Of a stretch of DNA of 64,000 nucleotides, positions 17,718-26,634 are shown in pieces. Position 1 is the stretch's first letter; every line of letters starts with the position of its first letter. The notes beneath the pieces were generated by a model, which made no database searches, was not told the DNA's origin, and saw only the letters and a program-made list of their open reading frames with translations. The position numbers were made by a program, and so were the translations under genes. Origin of the DNA: Desulfomonilia bacterium (lineage in GTDB: Bacteria > Desulfobacterota > Desulfomonilia > UBA1062); assembly GCA_963664325.2 (NCBI GenBank), contig CAXXDQ010000003.1, positions 224,001 to 288,000 on the forward strand, in the 5' to 3' direction.

Positions 17718-18803
17718 CTATTGTTTATTAATTACATGAACCCCGGTGGCCTTGAATGATACAGTCACAACTTTGCCTTTTTCAAGCATTAATTCGGCTG
17801 CAGAGTTCTCAGTCACATAAGCGGTAAGTGAAAAGCCGCAATCAATATCGATCTTCAGGTAAAAGCTCTTCGGGACGATGCGCGTTATAATACCTGAAAG
17901 GACGTTTCTTGCACTGGTGTTGAAATCCTGAGAAAGCGAAACAGTGACGTTTTCAGGTCTTATTCCCAGCAGGACTTTACCGCCTGTTTTTGCCCGTCCA
18001 ATTGCCTCGAGCTGCCTGTTCGATGCCTCGACTATAATCATGCTGTTTTCTGATGATTTTACTGTCCCTTCTATCAAGGTTTCCATGCCCATGAACGATG
18101 CTATGAATTCATTCTCGGGATGGTTCATGACATCGACAGGGGCGCCTTTCTGCACGATCCTTCCCTTATCCATTACTGCAATTACGGTTGATAGTCTTAG
18201 CGCCTCATCCTGGTCATGCGTCACTATAACGGCGGTCGTGCCCGTTTCTCTCAGCACTTCACCAAAGTCATCAATCATAATCTCGCGGGTAGGTTTATCG
18301 AGTGAGGAAAAAGGTTCGTCCATGAATATTATGTCCGGCAGGACTGCGAATGCGCGTGCAAGACTGACCCTCTGCGCCTCTCCGCCCGAAAGGTTTCTTG
18401 CTGAACGCTTTAAAAGATGGGTGATGCCGAAACGTTCCGCCTGAAGATTGACCATCTCCAATATATCCTGCCTGTCCGCCTTCCTGAACCTTAGTCCTGA
18501 TGCAATGTTGGCGAAAACACTCGTGTCGAAAAGGAGCGCATCCTGGAAGACGCAGGCGGTCAAACGTCTGTAGTCAAGCATGTCCCCGTTATGGGACACC
18601 TCTTTCCCTCTGAAGACGATTGTCCCGGATGAGGGTTTAAGCAGGCCTGCAATGGCGAGCAGCAGGCTTGACTTGCCTGCGCCATTGGGCCCGATGAGGG
18701 TAAGGTGCGATCCTTTTTCAATTTCAAGTTCATCAATATTGACAACCTCAACTCCGCCGCGGGCGACTTGAAAAGATGTTATTGAAAGTATGGGTGCCTG
18801 CAT
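17718..18803 (-). CDS. tupC: Tungstate ABC transporter ATPase with C-terminal TOBE domains
   Basis: GPNGAGKS, LSGGEAQRV, MDEP; C-terminal TSARN...SFKATGVH. Confidence 0.88.
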   Translation of the reverse strand: MQAPILSITSFQVARGGVEVVNIDELEIEKGSHLTLIGPNGAGKSSLLLAIAGLLKPSSGTIVFRGKEVSHNGDMLDYRRLTACVFQDALLFDTSVFANIASGLRFRKADRQDILEMVNLQAERFGITHLLKRSARNLSGGEAQRVSLARAFAVLPDIIFMDEPFSSLDKPTREIMIDDFGEVLRETGTTAVIVTHDQDEALRLSTVIAVMDKGRIVQKGAPVDVMNHPENEFIASFMGMETLIEGTVKSSENSMIIVEASNRQLEAIGRAKTGGKVLLGIRPENVTVSLSQDFNTSARNVLSGIITRIVPKSFYLKIDIDCGFSLTAYVTENSAAELMLEKGKVVTVSFKATGVHVINKQ

Positions 18804-18805
18804 GC

Positions 18806-19504
18806 TTATCTCGGTCGTTTTCTCTGCTGTATCATTGTAAGTCCAAGATTAATAAGGAATGTCAGCAGGAGAAGTATAACACCCAGTGCTATCGCCACGT
18901 CAAAGTTCCCTTTACCGGTTTCCATGACAGTGGCCGTTGTAAGCACCCGGGTGTAGTTCTTGATATTGCCGCCCACCATTATTGAAGCGCCCACTTCGGA
19001 TATAACGCCTCCGAAGCCGGCCATAATGGCGGCCATCAAGGGCAATCTGGCCTCTTTTGCAAGCATCCAGAGCATCTGGGCCCGGGTTGCCCCGAGCCCC
19101 AGTATTTGAAGGCGCATTTTTTCTGGCAGGTTCTGAATGGCTGCAATGGAAAGCCCCATGATTATGGGTGTGGCGATAACCGCCTGGGCAATGATTATAG
19201 CGGTCGGCGTATAAAGAAGCCCCAGACTTCCTAGCGGGCCGTTTCTCCATAAAAAGATTGTTACAAAAAGGCCGACAACCACTGGCGGCAGTCCCATGCC
19301 TGTGTTTATGGTGCTGATGACAAGTTGTCTTCCCGGAAACTGATTCAGGCCTATCAGCATTCCTAAGCCTATACCCAGAAAAAGGCTTATGAAAGTGGCA
19401 AGGCCTGAGACTTTAAGAGTAAGCAGTGTGATCCCGATTACTTCCGGGTCAAAAGAAAAAAGCAGGACTATAGCCTGCCATATGCCTTTGAAGATTAGAT
19501 CCAT
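18806..19504 (-). CDS. tupB: Tungstate ABC transporter permease
   Basis: NTGMGLPPVVVGL, GPLG, SEVGASIMVGGNI...TRVLTTA. Confidence 0.92.
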   Translation of the reverse strand: MDLIFKGIWQAIVLLFSFDPEVIGITLLTLKVSGLATFISLFLGIGLGMLIGLNQFPGRQLVISTINTGMGLPPVVVGLFVTIFLWRNGPLGSLGLLYTPTAIIIAQAVIATPIIMGLSIAAIQNLPEKMRLQILGLGATRAQMLWMLAKEARLPLMAAIMAGFGGVISEVGASIMVGGNIKNYTRVLTTATVMETGKGNFDVAIALGVILLLLTFLINLGLTMIQQRKRPR

Positions 19505-19517
19505 GAGTTAAATATAA

Positions 19518-19544
19518 GGGCCTTCCTTGTCCAGGGGAAGGCCC
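19518..19544. other. Intercistronic stem-loop after tupA
   Basis: GGGCCTTCC...GGAAGGCCC arms; typical mRNA stabiliser after an SBP gene. Confidence 0.5.
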
Positions 19545-19598
19545 GCTCAACCGGAAATAGGAGAGGTTGCCTGGTTGAGTTCAAAATACTAATATTTT

Positions 19599-20435
19599 CT
19601 ACTCGGCTTTGCCTGCATCGGGGAAGAACAACGGCGAGCCGTATTTCTTTACGCCGAACTTTCCAATGTCGGCCTGAATTTGCTTTGACACCATGAAGTC
19701 GGAAAACGCTTTTGCGCCTTCCGCATTGACCTTCGGGAATTTTGCAGGGTTGATTTCGATGACGTGGTAGATATTGAGCAGGCTCTTGTCACCCTCGGAA
19801 AGAATAACGAGCCCAAGGTTTTTCTTCAATGAAAGGTATGTTCCGCGGTCTGCAATTGTATAGCCGTTCTTTTCTGCGGCTACATTGAGTGTCTGCCCCA
19901 TGCCGAGCCCTGTCTGCTGATACCATTTCTGGCCTTCGGGATTAATCCCGGCGGCTTTCCAGAGCCCCTTTTCCTTGGCATGTGTGCCGGAATTGTCGCC
20001 GCGTGAGATAAACAGGGATCCGCTGTCGGCAATCAGTTTCATTGCATCTTTAACCGTTTTTGCGGATTTTATTTTTGCAGGATCTGACTCGGGTCCCACA
20101 ATGATGAAGTCGTTATGCATGATGAGTTTGCGGTTTACACCATTGCCGGCATCCATAAACTTTTTTTCGGCGTCAGGTGAATGAACGAGCAGCACATCTG
20201 CCTCACCCCTTTCTCCCATTGCCATTGCCTGGCCAGAACCGACGGCTATGGTTTTGACAAAATAGCCGGTCTGCTTCTCGAATATTGGCAGAAGCTCATC
20301 AAGAAGGCCTGTGTCCTGTGTGCTTGTCGTTGTGGCAAGGATGACCGTCTTGTTTGCAGGGGCCGCTTGCACAGGAACGACAAGCATCAATGCGGTGATA
20401 AGGGCAATGATAACAGTTAAAAATTGCTTTCTCAT
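19599..20435 (-). CDS. tupA: Tungstate-binding protein TupA (canonical)
   Basis: ATTTSTQDTGLL, VHSP, HNDFIIVGP, SRGDNSGTH, DRGT. Confidence 0.93.
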   Translation of the reverse strand: MRKQFLTVIIALITALMLVVPVQAAPANKTVILATTTSTQDTGLLDELLPIFEKQTGYFVKTIAVGSGQAMAMGERGEADVLLVHSPDAEKKFMDAGNGVNRKLIMHNDFIIVGPESDPAKIKSAKTVKDAMKLIADSGSLFISRGDNSGTHAKEKGLWKAAGINPEGQKWYQQTGLGMGQTLNVAAEKNGYTIADRGTYLSLKKNLGLVILSEGDKSLLNIYHVIEINPAKFPKVNAEGAKAFSDFMVSKQIQADIGKFGVKKYGSPLFFPDAGKAE

Positions 20436-20450
20436 GGTATTATCCTCCAG

Positions 20451-21293
20451 TTATTTGTTTTTAATATATGCTTTTGATTCAGGAACAAACAAAGCTTGGC
20501 CGTATTTGTCAACGCCGAAGGTCTTGATGATTTTCTGGCCCTTATCAGGATCGGTGAGCCATGCAGCAAAGGTCAGGGCGTCTTTCGAGTTGACGTCTTT
20601 ACATTTGTCCTGGTTTACCGGAATAATGCTTATATGGTTTATAAGTGCTTCATCCCCTTCGACAAGAATGACCAGATTTGTCTCTTTCCCGGCACCGAGC
20701 CATGTCGCCCTGTCTATTATAGTGTAGGCTTGCCCGTCGGAAGCTTCCTTAAGTGTTGCCGTATTTCCAAGGTCTCCTTTTAATCCTTTGAAATACCATG
20801 CGCCCTGCGGAACGATACCGGCCTTTTTCCATATGGCGAGTTCTGCGACATTGGTCCCTGATTTATCCCCGCGGGTTAAGAACTTTACGTTTTTGCCGGC
20901 GATTGCAGTAAAGGCTTCCGATGCTGTTTTCATGCCTTTAATACCTGCTGGATCAGCTGTCGGGCCCACTATTACAAAGTCATTGTACATCAAAGGCATA
21001 CGCTCGGTTCCGAAACCCTCTGCAATGAATTTATCTTCAAGCTCCTTTGCATGTACCAGAACGATATCCACCTGGCATTTGCGTGCGATATCAAGCGCAG
21101 CGCCCGTGCCTGCCGAAATATGCCTTACTGTTATGCCTGTATCTTTTAAAAAACCCTGCTCCAGGACATCTATTATGCCTGAATCGACCGGTCCTATCGT
21201 GCTTGCCAGAAGTACGAAGCCGCTGTTTCCTGCGGCAACTGTCTGGGTATAAATGACAAGGATAAAAAAGGCTGAAATTAATATTTTCTTCAC
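20451..21293 (-). CDS. TupA-like substrate-binding protein, variant
   Basis: Same fold motifs as TupA, but STIGP replaces TTTS and SGTN replaces SGTH. Confidence 0.85.
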   Translation of the reverse strand: MKKILISAFFILVIYTQTVAAGNSGFVLLASTIGPVDSGIIDVLEQGFLKDTGITVRHISAGTGAALDIARKCQVDIVLVHAKELEDKFIAEGFGTERMPLMYNDFVIVGPTADPAGIKGMKTASEAFTAIAGKNVKFLTRGDKSGTNVAELAIWKKAGIVPQGAWYFKGLKGDLGNTATLKEASDGQAYTIIDRATWLGAGKETNLVILVEGDEALINHISIIPVNQDKCKDVNSKDALTFAAWLTDPDKGQKIIKTFGVDKYGQALFVPESKAYIKNK

Positions 21294-21303
21294 ATTATCC
21301 CCC

Positions 21304-22220
21304 TCATGTCTCCGGCCATATTACCGTGCCGGAACATTTGAAATCGTAATGTTCGAATGCATTGGCCTGGGCCTTGAATTCATCAGACCTTAAAACCGAT
21401 ATAAGGTCCTGAACCTGACGTTTAAAGAAATTATTCTTGGCAAGCACCATGTCGAATCTTTCGCTGGAAAGCGGAAAAAAATTAAGCCCCAGCATTGATG
21501 CTACAGAACCTGTGGCAACGCCAGCATCGGCCCTTCCCGATAACACGGCAAGACCTACTTCAAGGTGTGTAAAAACCACATTATCGTAACCAGCGATTGA
21601 TGATGGATCAATGTCTGATCTCTGAATAAGATCATCAAGCAAAAGTCTTGTCCCCGAGCCCGCCTGACGGTTTACAATCCTTATGTCTTTTTTCCAAGGT
21701 CCGGAATTGTTTTAATGTGCTTGGAGCTCTTTGGGGATGTTACTATACCTGTCTCCCGTGTAAACATGCTCAGTATGACTGCATCCAGCCCGGGTGCCAG
21801 TCTGGAGATGAACGGGAGATTGTACTGTCCGCTGTCCTTATCGAATAAATGTGACCATGCTATATCAACCAGGCCTTTTCCTAGCGCTGTAAGCCCATGA
21901 GAACTCCCGGTATTGGCTGAAAATACAATAATATCGGGATGAGACAACCTGAACGTTGAAAGTAGAAGGTCGAGTACAGGGTCGTTGCTGCCTGCGGCGA
22001 GAAGAGCACCCGGCATCCGGGCCGCCTTTTCCATTGCCTGTTTCATGCCTGCCCTGACATTGTCCTCAATCCATGAATCAATTATATATTTAGGAAATAT
22101 CCATTTGCCGGTAGCCTTGGTACACGGGATTTTACCTTCTTTTATAAGTGCATAAACCTGTTTTTCATGTATCTCGAGATAGGATGCAACCTCTTTTGTG
22201 TTCATCATTTCTTTTGACAT
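21304..22220 (-). CDS. Excisionase-HTH + PBP molybdate/tungstate regulator (TaoR-like), split by a frameshift at 21688-21693
   Basis: N-terminal MNTKEVASYLEIHEKQVY...IPCTKATGKWIFP; GSND; after a -1 shift it continues DIRIVNRQAGSGTRLLLD...THLEVG.AV..G.ADAG...ERFD. Confidence 0.82.
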
Positions 22221-22396
22221 GATCGCTTTCCAATAAGTCTAAATATCCTTGTTGTCCAGAAAAAAGATACACATATTAACTCGTATTTACATATATAGGC
22301 TGCCGGTGGAAAAGGTACCGCTCCTTTTTTATGAATTATTATTTTAAAATTAATTTCCGATAAATATTTAAACGGTAGGCCAGATATGGAGAAGAT

Positions 22397-23305
22397 ATGA
22401 TCAAATCCGGAGAAATTGATACTGGAATACTGGACATAATGCATGACGGGATATATTTCATAGATCTTGAAAGAAAGATAACGTACTGGAACAAGGGTGC
22501 GGAAGCAATTTCCGGGTTCAGCAGGGATGAGGTTATCGGAAAAAGCTGTGCAGACAATATCCTGATTCATATTGATGCCGCCGGCACACAGCTTTGTGAT
22601 GTTGCATGTCCTGTCAAAGCGGCATTGAAGGATTGCTCGGAAAAAGAGGTTGATGTGTTTCTGCATCACAAGAAAGGTCACAGGGTACCTGTAACGGTCA
22701 GAACAGTACCCATTCTCGATAATTCCGGCAGTGTATCAGGTGCAGTTGAAATTTTCTGGGATAATTCGGAAAATGCTTTGGATGCAGGTCTTGTTGAAGA
22801 GCTGAAAAAGGCAGCCCTCTTTGATTACCTGACTGGTCTTCCAAACAGACGCTATCTCGAAATGAGGCTGAAGATTGCATTTGATGAAATGAAACGGTAT
22901 GGTTTTCTGTTCGGGTTGATATTTACCGACATTGATCACTTTAAAAAGATAAATGATGAACACGGCCATGAAGTGGGTGATAATGTCCTGAAAATGGTCT
23001 CATCGACACTCGGCTCGAATCTCCGCTCCTCAGACCTGGCTGGCCGATGGGGAGGAGATGAGTTTATTCTGGTCATAAAGCATCTGAAAGAACCTTCGCG
23101 CATTAAAAACACTGCTGAGAAATTAAGGATGCTTGTAGAGGAATCGGGCCTTATCTTTAAGAATGAAACAATAAAGGCTACTGTCACCATGGGGGCGGCT
23201 ATTGTAAGGATGGGTGATACTCAGGAAGCCCTTATAAAAAGAGCTGACAGCCTGCTGTATAATGGAAAGGAATCAGGCAGGAATAAGGTGGTTTTTGAAA
23301 CTTAA
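22397..23305 (+). CDS. PAS-GGDEF diguanylate cyclase
   Basis: PAS domain (YWNKGAE..SG); DYLTGLPNRR, DIDHFK, RSSD I-site and intact GGDEF. Confidence 0.92.
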   Translation: MIKSGEIDTGILDIMHDGIYFIDLERKITYWNKGAEAISGFSRDEVIGKSCADNILIHIDAAGTQLCDVACPVKAALKDCSEKEVDVFLHHKKGHRVPVTVRTVPILDNSGSVSGAVEIFWDNSENALDAGLVEELKKAALFDYLTGLPNRRYLEMRLKIAFDEMKRYGFLFGLIFTDIDHFKKINDEHGHEVGDNVLKMVSSTLGSNLRSSDLAGRWGGDEFILVIKHLKEPSRIKNTAEKLRMLVEESGLIFKNETIKATVTMGAAIVRMGDTQEALIKRADSLLYNGKESGRNKVVFET

Positions 23306-24276
23306 GCCTTAGACTGTTTCCTGCGCTCGGACTCGCTTAAAAAACATCCGCCAATACATTTTGGTATGCACCGTCCGTTGCACGGCTCAACATGGATTGT
23401 AACGCTTGTGTCGGGAAAATGCTCGGAAATGTGCATCGAAAGGTCATCGGTAATGTCATGGGAGGCTTCTACTGTCATATTGGGATCTACCATCAGATGA
23501 AATTCAACAAATCTGTAATGTCCAGCTTTTCTCGTGCGCAGTTGATGGAATCCAAGAACCTGTGGCCTATGCATTATCACAAGCTCATGTATCCAATCGA
23601 TCTCGGAAGACGGAAGCCCGACATCCAGGAGGTCCTTTGCGGATTCTTTAGTAAGGTCGAAAGCTGCTTTGATTATCATGAGTGCAACGACCATGGCTGC
23701 TATGGGATCTACCCAGTGGAGGTTGAAGGGAAGTTTTAACAGGTCGTCAATGAACAGGGCGATCATTCCGAGCATGACGCCACCGGATGTATATACATCA
23801 GTCCTTAAATGCCAGGCATCTGCAATAAGAGCTACTGAATCAGTCTCTTTGCCGACTTTGAACAGGCTGTGTGAAACAATAATGTTGACCACAACCGAGA
23901 GGAACATGACAAGAACACCAAGGCTGGTTTCTCCGACAGCTGTCGGCTTAATGAACTTGTGAATTGCCTCATAGATGATCCATGTCGCAGCAAGAAAGAT
24001 GAGAAGGGCTTCAACGGTGCCTGATATGTTTTCGATTTTACCGTGGCCCCAGGGATGCTGCCTGTCAGCGGGAATTCCCGAGGTTCGTACTGAAAATAGT
24101 GCAATTACCGCAGCCAGGAGGTCAACTCCGGAATGTATGGCCTCGGAGATGATCGAAACCGAACCTATGGCAACACCAACTATGAGCTTTAGCAAAACAA
24201 GGGTTGAGTTTGATACAACGGACAGTGTGGCTACCCTTGTTTTCTTTATGTAATTTTTAGAATTGTCAATGGACAT
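23302..24276 (-). CDS. Cation diffusion facilitator transporter
   Basis: EAIHSGVD, HPWGHGKIE, ADAWHLRTD, IHVEP; Cys-rich tail. Confidence 0.92.
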   Translation of the reverse strand: MSIDNSKNYIKKTRVATLSVVSNSTLVLLKLIVGVAIGSVSIISEAIHSGVDLLAAVIALFSVRTSGIPADRQHPWGHGKIENISGTVEALLIFLAATWIIYEAIHKFIKPTAVGETSLGVLVMFLSVVVNIIVSHSLFKVGKETDSVALIADAWHLRTDVYTSGGVMLGMIALFIDDLLKLPFNLHWVDPIAAMVVALMIIKAAFDLTKESAKDLLDVGLPSSEIDWIHELVIMHRPQVLGFHQLRTRKAGHYRFVEFHLMVDPNMTVEASHDITDDLSMHISEHFPDTSVTIHVEPCNGRCIPKCIGGCFLSESERRKQSKA

Positions 24277-24578
24277 GATTACACCCTATTGTGGTTAAAT
24301 ATAGTTTTTATACATATATGCATGTTATATTATTAATTACATACGCATAAGATTTTGACAATTAAACAATCAAGGTATTATCTGTTTTTAATATTATAGA
24401 TTCTGTATGGCTGTTATTGCCGTCAGGTGAGCCGTCCCTGAAGAGGTTCCAGGTTTATGGGGCTTCGGATATCATCAAGGATTAATGAAGCTATCGCTTC
24501 AGACTGGTAATGAATGTAAATCACAACTCAAACTCCACCTTGACTGGACAGAGCTTTAATAATCTTAACTGTTATCTG

Positions 24579-24770
24579 CTAAGCCTGCTCAGGAAGGATA
24601 TTCTTAATACGTTCAAGCAGGCCAATAACAAGCTTGTCCCGCTCTTTGAGAATGTCTTTGAATTCAAAAGTCCGGGCATGATGCAATTCGATTCTTGTTA
24701 CTACTTCTTCCTTTTTTAATAACATGCTGATAAGGCCAAGTTCTTCTTTACTGACTTCAAGATTTAACAT
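24579..24770 (-). CDS. Small helical hypothetical protein
   Basis: AAGGAG RBS; co-oriented downstream of lysR. Confidence 0.6.
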   Translation of the reverse strand: MLNLEVSKEELGLISMLLKKEEVVTRIELHHARTFEFKDILKERDKLVIGLLERIKNILPEQA

Positions 24771-24815
24771 GGATTACTCCTTATCAAACAATATTTATGG
24801 ATCTGTTTCTAGATC

Positions 24816-25718
24816 CTATTCTTTTATCCTGTCTTTGGCTTCAAGCATAAACTCATAGAATTTATTCATCATTGACATAAATTTGCGTTTCTTATTGTAT
24901 ACAATAAAAAATTCCCTGTGGGCATCAAGACCTTTAACGGTCAGTGCCGACAATGTACCATCCTTGACCTCTCTATTAACTACGCTTCTTGACAGAATGG
25001 CGACTCCAAGATTTGCTTCAACTGCTGCCTTTATTGCCTCGGTACTTGTCAGTTCCATGGCAATCTTGGCTTCAAAACTGTATTTCCTGGCCATGTAGTC
25101 AATAATGTCCCTGGTTCCTGAACCTTCTTCTCTGGCGATAATTTCAACAGGTTCTTCCTTGATCTTTTCAACAGTCAGATATGGAAGTTTTGCCCATTTA
25201 TGTTTATTTGAACAGATAATGACCAGTTCATCCTTCATGAAGAATTCTGATTCAAGGTCGGGATGCTTTGGTATCATCTGCACAAATGCAAAGTCAATCT
25301 CACCTGAGAGAACCTGATCCGTTGCCTCCTGTCTGTTTAACGAGTGCATCGATATTTCGGCCTTTGGATATAGCTCTTTAAATTCTCCAAGGAATCGTGG
25401 AAGTATATAAATACCTATAGTGTTGGGAGCCCCAATGGTAATCTTTCCCTTGTCACCGCTCCCGAACTCGCTCATGACCGCCTTGGTTTCTTCTATGAGG
25501 GATATAATTTTTACAGCGTAATTGTAAAAAACCTGGCCTGCATCAGTCAGTGATATTTTCCGGCTTATTCTATCAAACAGCTTTACATTAAGCGAGTCTT
25601 CAAGATCCTTTATCTGAATGCTTACCGAAGGCTGGGAGAGGTGGAGCTTTTTTGCAGTTTTGGTAATGCTTAGAGTTTGAGCAGCCATGTAAAATATTCT
25701 TACTTGATGAATATTCAC
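24816..25718 (-). CDS. LysR-family regulator (CysL/CbbR-like)
   Basis: Likely GTG start after GGAGG; SITKTA..LHLSQPSVS.QIK.LE; REEGSGTR. Confidence 0.92.
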   Translation of the reverse strand: MNIHQVRIFYMAAQTLSITKTAKKLHLSQPSVSIQIKDLEDSLNVKLFDRISRKISLTDAGQVFYNYAVKIISLIEETKAVMSEFGSGDKGKITIGAPNTIGIYILPRFLGEFKELYPKAEISMHSLNRQEATDQVLSGEIDFAFVQMIPKHPDLESEFFMKDELVIICSNKHKWAKLPYLTVEKIKEEPVEIIAREEGSGTRDIIDYMARKYSFEAKIAMELTSTEAIKAAVEANLGVAILSRSVVNREVKDGTLSALTVKGLDAHREFFIVYNKKRKFMSMMNKFYEFMLEAKDRIKE

Positions 25719-25814
25719 TTTTCCTCCAAACAGAGCCAATTTTATATATTTTTATTTAATTAACTCATAGGAGAAATGTATTTGACATCTGTTTAATAAT
25801 CCTTATATATGATT

Positions 25815-25896
25815 ATAAGCTATAGCACAAGTCTATGGGCTATAGACCTCCTTTTTTAGGCCCACTACCACCTTATTGAGTGGGCCCTTTTTTTTT
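25815..25896 (+). ncRNA. Candidate small RNA divergent from lysR
   Basis: TTGACA at 25782, 5' hairpin, ACCTCCT anti-SD sequence, strong terminator; no ORF. Confidence 0.4.
25859..25896 (+). terminator. Rho-independent terminator
   Basis: GGCCCACT...AGTGGGCC stem followed by T9. Confidence 0.8.
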
Positions 25897-25905
25897 GCTA
25901 TTTAG

Positions 25906-26613
25906 ATGATAATGAAAAAAAAGGCCGGATTCAATGTACCGTTTGAAATTCTTAAAAGCTTCACGAGCATAAAAAGTAAACCGGAGCAGAAAAAAACGAG
26001 TTTGTCAGTTGCTGAACCGGCGACAGCAAATAATCTATCGAATGAAGATGTTTTTAACATGGCCATGGCAGGTACAAAACGTTTTAAACAGAACAGGATA
26101 ACTCCTGAAGCTGCAAATAAATCGATGCTCTTGGAAAACATAAGTAAGTCCATAAACTCGGAAAATATTGAAGTTCTGAATACTCTGAAGTCTATTGTAA
26201 ACGGCAGTTCAAGGTTTGATATAAGGCAGACGGGAGAGTATGTTGAAGGGCATATAGTTCCACTTGAACCCTTGATAATTGAAAAATTGAAAAAAGGAGA
26301 ACTGGCTGTACAGGCTTATCTGGACCTGCATGGTCTTATGATGGAAGAAGCAAAGGATAGCTTCTCCCTTTTTATCAGGAACAGCTATGCAATAGGGCAT
26401 CGTTGTCTGATAGTTATTCATGGCCGCGGCCTTAAATCCAATGAAGGCCCTGTCCTGAAAAATTGTGTAGTAAACTGGCTGTCTTCAGGGATTTTATCAA
26501 GTTATATTCTGGCATTTTGTTCTGCAAGACCTTGCGATGGTGGTACGGGAGCGGTTTACGTACTTCTAAAAGCAAGGCCTGATAAAAAAAAGAAAATAAA
26601 GAGAACGGCCTGA
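25906..26613 (+). CDS. Smr/MutS2 C-terminal domain protein
   Basis: LDLHG, VIHGRG, GPVLK..V..WL, GGTGAVYVLL. Confidence 0.92.
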   Translation: MIMKKKAGFNVPFEILKSFTSIKSKPEQKKTSLSVAEPATANNLSNEDVFNMAMAGTKRFKQNRITPEAANKSMLLENISKSINSENIEVLNTLKSIVNGSSRFDIRQTGEYVEGHIVPLEPLIIEKLKKGELAVQAYLDLHGLMMEEAKDSFSLFIRNSYAIGHRCLIVIHGRGLKSNEGPVLKNCVVNWLSSGILSSYILAFCSARPCDGGTGAVYVLLKARPDKKKKIKRTA

Positions 26614-26634
26614 AAGGTCATATCAGACCTTGAT

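Noticed and set aside
22221-22396. Possible TaoR/ModE site upstream of the tup operon
   Set aside because: Only weak AT-rich periodicity; no convincing match.
3400-22400. Island as a mobile element
   Set aside because: No integrase, transposase, tRNA or flanking direct repeats seen; the excisionase-like HTH belongs to the TaoR-like regulator.
24421-24440. CGTCAGGTGAGCC resembling the M-box riboswitch 5' end
   Set aside because: The remaining consensus is absent and the orientation points away from the transporter.
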